Positions 53,471 to 64,000 of a stretch of 64,000 nucleotides of DNA are shown one piece after another. The DNA lies in assembly GCF_009914755.1 (NCBI RefSeq), contig NC_060933.1. One strand, written 5' to 3'. A program made the translations under genes and the position numbers. This stretch comes from the human T2T-CHM13v2.0 reference genome, Homo sapiens. The notes under the pieces were generated by a model that saw only the letters and a program-made list of their open reading frames with translations, made no database searches and was not told the DNA's origin. Positions within the stretch are counted from its first letter, which is position 1. The number at the start of each line of letters is the position of its first letter.

Positions 53471-54387
53471 TGTGAAAGGAAAATCAATCTCAGGCCCCAA
53501 AATTACCAAGCCAAGGGAAGAGTCAAGCTGAGTACTGCTCAGGCAAACCTGCCTCCCAGTCCACTCCTGAATAAGATGGCTACAGAGACTAAAAAGCCAC
53601 TACCTCCCTCAAAATTTGCCCACAAGGAAATTCCTCATAGACAGATGACAGACAGGACCCAACGCCATCCCTGTGCTCCCCGGAGACAAATCCATATCTG
53701 ATGGCTTCCTCTGCCCTATTATTGATATAAAAATACAGATTCCCTGAGCCAGACTAAATTGTGTTTCAATGGGAGGCCAATCAAGGTCTCAAAAGAATGC
53801 AACAGTTTGTCTCTTACCTACTTAGGAACTGGAAGTCCCCCACCCCCGCAAGTTGTCAAGCTGCCCCGCCTTACCTGACCAAGCAAACGTACATCTTACG
53901 CATATTGATTGATGTCTCATGTCCCCCTAAAATGTATAAAAGAAAGCATGGTGGCTCACGCCTGTAATCCCAGCACTTTGGGAGACTGAAGCGGGTGGAT
54001 GACGAGGTCAGGAGCTCGAGACCTGCCTGGCCAAGATGGTGAAAACCCGTCTCTACTAAAAATACAAAAACTTTGCCATGCATGGTACCATGCGCCTATA
54101 ATCCCAGCTACTGGGGAGGCTGGGGCAGAGAATTGCTTGAACCCGGGAGACGGAGGTTGCAGTGAGCCGAGATCACACCACTGCACTCCAGCCTGAGCAA
54201 CAGAGTGAGATTCTATCTCAATAAAATAAAATAAAATAAAATAAAAATAAAAGCAAACTGTACCCTGACCACCTTGGGCACATGTTGTCAAGACCTCCTG
54301 AGGCTGTGTCACAGGCCCTTACTTCACCTTGGCAAAATAAGTGTTTTAAATTTATTGAGACCTGTCTCAGATACCTTTTGGTTTACA
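53471..54387 (+). mobile_element. MER4-family solo LTR interrupted by an Alu
   Basis: TGTGAAAGGAAAATCAATCT...CCCACAAGGAAATTCC...GACCACCTTGGGCACATG...TTTTGGTTTACA; TSD ACCC/ACCT. Confidence 0.88.
53947..54253 (+). mobile_element. AluS with (TAAAA)n tail
   Basis: Dimeric Alu inserted just after the LTR TATA-like TGTATAAAA. Confidence 0.93.
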
Positions 54388-54704
54388 ACCTGATGGAGGG
54401 GTTGGCACTGATAGAAGGGTTTTGGGTTTCCAGCACCTGCCTTCATGCCTTACTTCTCGGTGGGCTCAGGACTCAGAATGGAAGAGTCCCAGGAGACCCC
54501 AGTAACTCTTCAACTCTTTTACTCTCACTGTTTTCTCTCCTTTACAGCAGACACCACTATCTGCAAAGGGTCCTGTTCACTGCTCCTGCCTGCCAGGAAG
54601 CACAGCCTAGAGGGCAGTGTCCATGACTGTCCTGAGTAACCACTGGGTCCCCAGCATCTCAGCTTCACAGCTGTTCCATAATGACCTTCAGACGGAGGGA
54701 CGAG

Positions 54705-55162
54705 GCAGGTGGGTGGGTGGATGGATGGATGGATGCATGGATGGGTGGATGGGTGGATAGGTGAGTGGGTGGGTGGATGGATGAGTGGGTGCATGGGCAG
54801 GTATGTGGATAGATGGAAGTATGGGTAGATGGATGGGTGGATGGATGGGTCAATAGGTGGATGGGTGGGTGGGTGAATGGGTGGATGGATGGATGGATGG
54901 ATGAGTAGATGGATGCATGAATGGATGGATGGATGGTGGATGGATGGGTGAGTAGGTGGATTGAGAGATGGGGAATGGATGGATAGATGAACAAATAAGT
55001 GATGGATGTGTGGGTGTATGTATGGATGGGTGGGTGGATGGGTGGGTGGGTAGATGGATGGATGTGTAGATGGGTGGATGGATAAGTGGATGGATGGGTG
55101 AATGGGTGGATAAGTAGATGAATGGGTGGGTGGAGAAATACATGAGTGTGTGGATGAATAGG
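54705..55162. repeat. Degenerate (GGAT/GGGT)n tract
   Basis: GGATGGATGGGT repeats. Confidence 0.95.
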
Positions 55163-57379
55163 TTACAGAGTAAAATGCCACCACCAGAGCAGAGCAACAG
55201 CGTGCTTTGCACTCAGCTCTGCCATGGAAAAAGTGGTTCCTTCCCAGGCTCTCACCAGGCTCACATGGGCTCCAGACCCCTGCACTCCCAACCAGACTGG
55301 GGACACAGGGACTGTCTGCTCAGCTCTGCATCCATGCACCTGGTCAACACCAAGTGGGTCACAGGGTACCAGGTGGCCTGAGAGAAGGACCGATGACAGA
55401 TGGCCTCACCCATCTTGCTAGGAGGCTTGGGTCCCAGTCCTGTGGCCCCACCAGCCAAGAGCTTGTGGACATTCAGAATCAGGCTTGCTGGTTTAAGCCC
55501 GGGCATACAGCACCAACACTGTCTGCCCATGGGCTCTCTGGGTCGGGCCCTGCCTGACTCAGTCCCTGCATCACCAGTGCCAGGCCAGGCACAGACAGGC
55601 TCAGTGGGGTGGGCTAAGTAGTGCTGGGGACCCAAACCAGGCATCAGAGGGATTGAGATGCCCCCAGGCTGACTCCCACTCAAACGGGTTCCCCCGCCTA
55701 CCCCCGAGCCCATCGCCTCTGTCCACCTGCTGCCACTCTGACAGCTACAACCCACCCAGGCTTGGGGCTGCCTGGACTCTGCCTATAACTTCACAGGCTC
55801 ACTCCCATGCTGTCCTTCACACCTGGAGGAGTGCCAACGTTACCAGTGCCACAGAACAAACAGCCGCATGCACTCTGCACCCTGCTCAGCCATTGAGACA
55901 GCAGATTCTGTAGCTTTGGGCAGTTCCCACATCCTTCCAGTCCTGATCTTTCCCCTGGAAGCCAAGGAGCATTCAGTGCCTTCTCTACGTGCTCTTGGCC
56001 CCTGTCCACAACAAAGGCCACAGGTCCCTTGTTGTGGAACTATGAGTGAACCCAGCGTTCTCCCCAGGGACCCCAGCACAAAATGAGCTCTCAACACACA
56101 TGAGTGAATAAAATTGTCCCAGAAAGCGGGAGACTTTACACAGTGGCTACAATGTCCCTAGTACACTGCCACAGTCCAGAAGGGAGAGAAGGGGCTGTGC
56201 ACACCAGGAAGCCAGAAGCCCACATGCACCTGCCCAGGGTCTGTGCATGGAGCTCCGGCAGGTCCAATCTCTTGGCCTTCAGAATAATGATGTAAATACA
56301 GGGACAAAGATGGAGCAGGTGTCACTCAATGTGCAAACCCTCCCCCTTCTTCTGGTGAGGCCAGAAGTACCCAGGTAGGAGCAGCCCCTACCTCCGACCA
56401 CCTCCCTCCCTGCAGTGGGAATAGCAGCCCAATCCCCAGGCTGCAGGGATCCACAGGCCGTGCAAGTGTGGCTCTACCCCAAGCATGTCCTGGTGCGAAG
56501 CTGTGCCCAGGGAGATGTTATCTGCACCCCAGACTGCCTGTGGTGCTGCAGAGTGGTGCCGAGGAGAGAGCAGGGCACACCTGGAGTCTATATCACCTGC
56601 CTTCCCTAGGGAGTCTGGGGCCCTCTCCACATTCAAGGCGAGGGGAGCAGAGGATCTCCACAAAGACCCCTTGAGCACCTCCCTTCTCTTTTTGCTGATA
56701 GATAACCCAAGGCTTAAGGGGTTTTGGAACCAAGACATGGTCACTGACGTTAGAGGAATGGCTCGCTCCCCCTCCTGCATCCGTACCTGGTAAGGGGGGG
56801 CAATTGACCCTTTCCAAAGCACCCTGGTTGCTGTAGGAAGAAGAATGGAGACAGTGGGCTGAGCCCACTGGCCTCCTTCAGCGCTCGGGCTCACCCCTGC
56901 AGACAGCCTTCCTCAGCAGCCGCACAGCTCAGGGCTTCTCCTCCCTGGGTGCCAGTAAGCCCAGGTAAGCTTCTGGCTGCCCAGCAATTCCAATACCCAG
57001 AGGGAGGAGCCAACAGGGCAGGCCACGTTCTCACCAAGCCATCTGCAGAGGGGTCAGTTCCACCCTGAGTTCTCCCTTCTCAGTAACAAGCTGCTGCTGT
57101 GTTTTCCATTGTCCCACAGCTGATTTGTCAGTTGGTGCAATCACAGCGAGGACAAACACTAATGCCCCTCCTGAGACCTCTCTTCTGGCTGATGGTGTGG
57201 ACCTTGACTCCACAGCAGGTGTCGGCAGGCCCTCCAGCTGGCCCTCGGTAGCCTGGAGTGGCTCGTCCTGGACAGACTCACCGCTATGACGCAGGGGGAA
57301 CTGCCAGGAGTCCCTGAGCGAGGTGATCTGAGAAATGCCATGGCAGTGTTCTAAGCCAGCAGCCTGGCTTACCCACAAC

Positions 57380-57485
57380 CTCTCTGCTGTGTGACCTTGA
57401 GCAAGTGCCTTAACCTCTCTGAGCCTCAGCTTGCCCCTCTGTTAAAGAATGATCATATATGACACCTAGCAAGGTTATGTGGAGT
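57380..57485. mobile_element. MIR fragment
   Basis: CTGTGTGACCTTGAGCAAGTGCCTTAACCTCTCTGAGCCTCAG. Confidence 0.8.
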
Positions 57486-57514
57486 ATCAGCAACAAGGAA
57501 TCCACTGCAGCCAG

Positions 57515-58085
57515 TGTTGCAGGTGCAACTGGCTGGGGCTGGTGTCACAGGTGGTAAAAGAATTTACCAAGACAGTCATGGGTAAAGAAAGTCTGAAGAC
57601 ACCTTGCAAGAGAACAGCAGGCAGCATGGCAGAGAGAAGGCCACCTCCCCAGGGGCAGAGGCCAGGGTGAAGTTTGATAGGGTCACACTGGAGAGGCGAC
57701 ATGCAGACAGGGTCATGCTGGAGAGGCCACATGCAAACAGAGTCACGCTGGAGAGGCCACATGCAGACAGGGTCACACTGGAGAGGCAACAGGCAGACAG
57801 GGTCACGCTGGAGAGGCCATATGCAGACAGGGTCATGCTGGAGAGGCCCCATGCAGACAGGGTCACGCTGGAGAGGCCCCATGCAGACAGGGTCACGCTG
57901 GAGAGGCCCCATGCAGACAGGGTCACGCAGGAGAGGCCCCATGCAGACAGGGTCATGCTGCTGGAGCTAACCTGCAGAGCGAGGTATTTGGTAACAGGAG
58001 GTTGTGCAAGCAGGCTGCTTGTGGTTAGCCATTTCTTAGAACAACGGCTCTCCCCCACCCTAGTTCATGTTCTTGCCAGCTAGGG
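57515..58085 (-). mobile_element. ERV LTR fragment (subfamily uncertain) containing a 30-bp VNTR
   Basis: GGTAAAAGAATTTACCAAGACAGTC...GGTAAAGAAAG resembles a reverse-strand LTR 3' end. Confidence 0.5.
57679..57960. repeat. 30-bp VNTR, about 9.5 copies (AGGGTCACGCTGGAGAGGCCMCATGCAGAC)
   Basis: Exact period 30, high identity. Confidence 0.97.
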
Positions 58086-58244
58086 CATGTGGTGCCATGG
58101 AGTTGTGCAGAGGAGGGAACTCCTTCCTCATTTCTATCAGCTGATCGGGACTCCACAGTTTGGTTTCGCTGCATATGACAATCCCAGCAAAAGAAGCATA
58201 AACAAGAAAGAAGCAGATTTCTTTCTGAAGGGAGAATCTGGGGA

Positions 58245-58600
58245 TGACTGACTGAGGGTGAGGTGGCTGCTCCTCGATGTCCTCAGGGACCCAGATCCTG
58301 GCTGTCCTGCTCCTCATCCTCCATGCATGGTGTCTAGCCTCAAAGCCACTCCATGGTCCAAGGTGGCTGCTGGTGCTCCAGCCATCAAGACCACAGGACA
58401 GGTGGAAGAAAGCTGGAAAAGTACATGGCAGAAAAGGGCCCCTCCCGGAAGTCCCAGCTGAGTCAGCTTGTTTTTTAGCCATCTTCCTGGAAGTCTCCTA
58501 CAGCACTTCTGCCTTTAACCCACTGGCCACGACTTAGCAGCTCGGCTCCACTTAGCGTCAGGGAGGAAGCTGGGAGATGCAGGTTTTCATTCCGGCCAGC
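58245..58600 (-). mobile_element. Old MLT1 LTR fragment
   Basis: GATGTCCTCAGGGACCCAG, CATGGTCCAAGGTGGCTGCTGGTGCTCCAGCCATCA, GGAAGCTGGGAGATG. Confidence 0.6.
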
Positions 58601-59718
58601 TACATGCCCCGCCACGCATCAGGGTTCTGCTTCCGTGGAGGAAGGGAAGAGGACCATGTCTGTACAAGAGGAGCTAGACCCACGATAAACATGAGCCACG
58701 CTAATGTTGTCAGCATCCCCAGAACAGCCGGCAACACAGCCTTGCACCGCAGACTAGAGAGGGAGGCAGGGTGCAAAAGGGACAGAAAGGGAGAGAACCG
58801 GAGGCCAGGCTGACCCGAGCAGCCAGGGACAGAGGACAGACCCGGGAGGCAGATGGGAGTTCAGGGCAAGGAAAGTCTTGGGGGCTGCCTGGGGTGGGGG
58901 GAGGGAAATGTGGGGGGCAGAGGTAGGGGTGAGCTGCACCTGGGAGGGAACATGCACCCTCTTCCTAAGGAGACCCTGAGAGGCTTAGGGGAGACGGTAG
59001 CATGCAACAGCACCTGCTGCTCCCCTCTGCAGGAGGCCGACTCCACGGAGGACCATGCTCTGGCAGAGGAACCCAAATACGCATTTCTCCCACACCCCAG
59101 CCTCTCCTGGCCCCAAGGCAGGTACAGGCTCAGAGCTGGGGAACTGGCTGGAGACTTTCCTCTTTTTGCTGACTCTGCCCTGGCATATTCTGAGGTACAG
59201 GGGTCAAGACTTCAACACATGAATTTGGGAGTCACAGTTCAACCCAGCATGCTATACAGGTCTCAAGGGTGTCACTCAGGGAGTTGACAAAGGCAGACTC
59301 CACCAAGATAAGAACCTGACCACCTCCAAGATATGTGCTCATCTGTCCCCACTGCACCCCCTCCAGAGGCAACTTTTCATTGCAGATCAGCGTGACCTGT
59401 TCTAGAGCTTCCTACAGGCAGAGTCAGGCCACACTGGCCCGCCCCAGCTCTCAGAGGCCTGCCATCACTGTGCACCCACACACCACCAGCTGTAACCCAG
59501 GCACAGGACCTCAAGGTGGGCCAGCTCAGCTGCCAACAGGAGCGAGTGGTGCTGAGGTATCCAGCAGGGCAGCACATGGTCCTCCCAGGAGCCGTGGCCC
59601 AGCACCTCCTGGCCGGAACAGCCATCCTATTCAAATAAACGAGTAACAAAAATGGGCACACTCTCCACTTCCAAAAGCAATGCTGGCCAGGCGCAGTGGC
59701 TCACACCTGAAATCCCAA

Positions 59719-60229
59719 TGCCAGAGGCGTTGGAACCAGAGCAACTCCATCTTGAACAGGAGCTGGGTAAAATGAGGCTGAGACCTGCCGGGCTGCATTC
59801 CCAGGAGTTTAGGCATTCTAAGTCACAGGATGAGATAGGAGGTCGGCACAAGATACAGGTCATGAAGACCTTGCTGATAAAGCAGGTTGTAGTAAAGAAG
59901 CCGGCCAAAGCCCACCAAAACCAAGGCGGCCATGAGAGTGACCTCTGATTGTCCTCACGGCTCATTATATGCCAATTAGAATGCATTTGCTGCTAAAAGA
60001 CACCCCCACCAGCACCATGACAGTTTACAGATGCCATGGCAATGTCTGGAGGTTACCTTATAAGGTCTCAAAAGGGAGGGGAGGAGACCTCAGTTCCTCT
60101 TCATCCCTTTACTTTCCTGATAAACTTGCTCTCACTTTACTCTGTGAACTCGCTCCAAATTCTTTCTCGCATGAGATCAAAGAGACCTCTCTTGGGGTCT
60201 GGATCAGAGCCCCCCCTTTTCCAGTAACA
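59719..60229 (+). mobile_element. MER41 (B-like) solo LTR with internal deletion, inserted in the Alu left arm
   Basis: TGCCAGAGGCGTTGGAACCAGAGCAACTCCATCTTGAA ... CTCTTGGGGTCTGGATC...TTTCCAGTAACA; TSD CCAA/CCAG. Confidence 0.9.
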
Positions 60230-60327
60230 CCAGCACTTTGTGGGAAAGACAGAGGCGGGAGGATTGAATGAGGCCAGGAGTTCAAGATCAGCCTGGCCAA
60301 CATAAGGAGACCTAAGTGCCTAACTTA

Positions 60328-60748
<421 letters not shown>

Positions 60749-60829
60749 TTACGATTGTGCAACCGCACTCCAGCCTGGGTCACAGAGAAAGCTGCAGTCT
60801 TAAAAAATAAAAATAAAAAATAAAAGCAG

Positions 60830-61985
<1,156 letters not shown>

Positions 61986-61997
61986 TTATCTAGAATT

Positions 61998-63056
<1,059 letters not shown>

Positions 63057-64000
63057 TTCCCCGCTCCACCACCCATTTTAATCCTGGGCTTTGCCTGGCT
63101 CCAATTCCTCTCTTATGTAAAGCAATGGATCAGACACACAGCCTTGGGGGATCTGTGAGAACTGAAGGGACTGAGGCCTCTCTCACACAGAACCCCAAAG
63201 CCCTCCCATGCCTCCAGGACCCCCAGCAGGGAAGAACCCCACCTAACTCAGGGCCCAATCAGAGGCAGGGCCAAGGGTTATCCCTGCCCTCAGACTGGTT
63301 TTCCCAGGCTAGGGTCTGAGAACCCCGAGCAGCCAGTCCTTCTTCCCATGGGATGTGACTGGGCAGGGCCAGTGAAGGAACCCAGAGGCATGTTAGTCAA
63401 AGTGGGTTTCAGGCTCTGGGTGAGGGGTCCTGCATGGTGAGAAGCTGGGCCCACCTCCCACAGAGCCCACAGAACAGACTCAAACTCAGACACCAACAAG
63501 AAGATGCCAAGGCTGGGGAGGGCAGGCCCAGCCCGCAGAGTTCCTGCAAGGACTCTTCCCTGGCTGTGGTTGGAGCAGCTGCTCAGGAAATCCCTGGCAG
63601 CAGAGTGGGCACCCCCTCTGGGCACCAGGAGGAGAGGTGTGCAGGGGGGATTCCGGGTCAGCCATTGGGATTTGAGACTCGCCTGGACACCCACATCCAC
63701 TTCTCCCCCACCAGGCGTTTCTCCCATCAGGAAAAAGGAATGCTCAGATGGGCCCAGAGGCCATGCAGAAAGAAGGAGGCCTTCCCCAGGGCTGAGAAGG
63801 CAGTGATGGGAGGCCGGCCCCAGGCTTGGGGTGTGGGTGGTTTCAATTGGAAAACTTTAATAATAAAAAATTGGAAGAAAGAATGTAATTCCCTCTACAA
63901 AAATATGTCCTCGTGATGCCACGTACCCACCTACACCCACCTGACCCCAGGCACCTCCTTCCACAGCCAGCCACTGCAAAGGAGGCCAGGGAATGTGTCT

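Overview
This is a GC-rich, apparently non-coding primate (human-like; AluJ/S/Y present) genomic window. I find no supportable protein-coding gene, RNA gene or CRISPR array. The long ORFs I examined come from tandem repeats, Alus or GC-rich chance frames. The window is a mosaic of old L1M fragments, about 17 Alu/FLAM elements, MaLR/ERV solo LTRs (MER51, THE1, MLT1, MLT2, LTR8, MER4, MER41), DNA transposon relics (MER63, Tigger3a) and an unusually heavy load of large tandem arrays (roughly 11 kb). The features least explained by standard repeats are: (i) two separate ~140-160 bp inverted duplications of apparently unique sequence with ~1-1.2 kb spacers, one next to an out-of-place AT-rich block lying between two (GGAT)n tracts; (ii) a CpG-rich 78-bp VNTR with nested self-complementary stems and YY1-like sites directly downstream of an LTR8; (iii) several minisatellites that each multiply a different transcription-factor motif; (iv) a MER41 LTR nested in an Alu that appears to have lost its STAT1/GAS sites. 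Repeat family names are from recalled consensus sequences, not a database search. Boundaries of old elements are approximate, and I could not identify the chromosomal locus.
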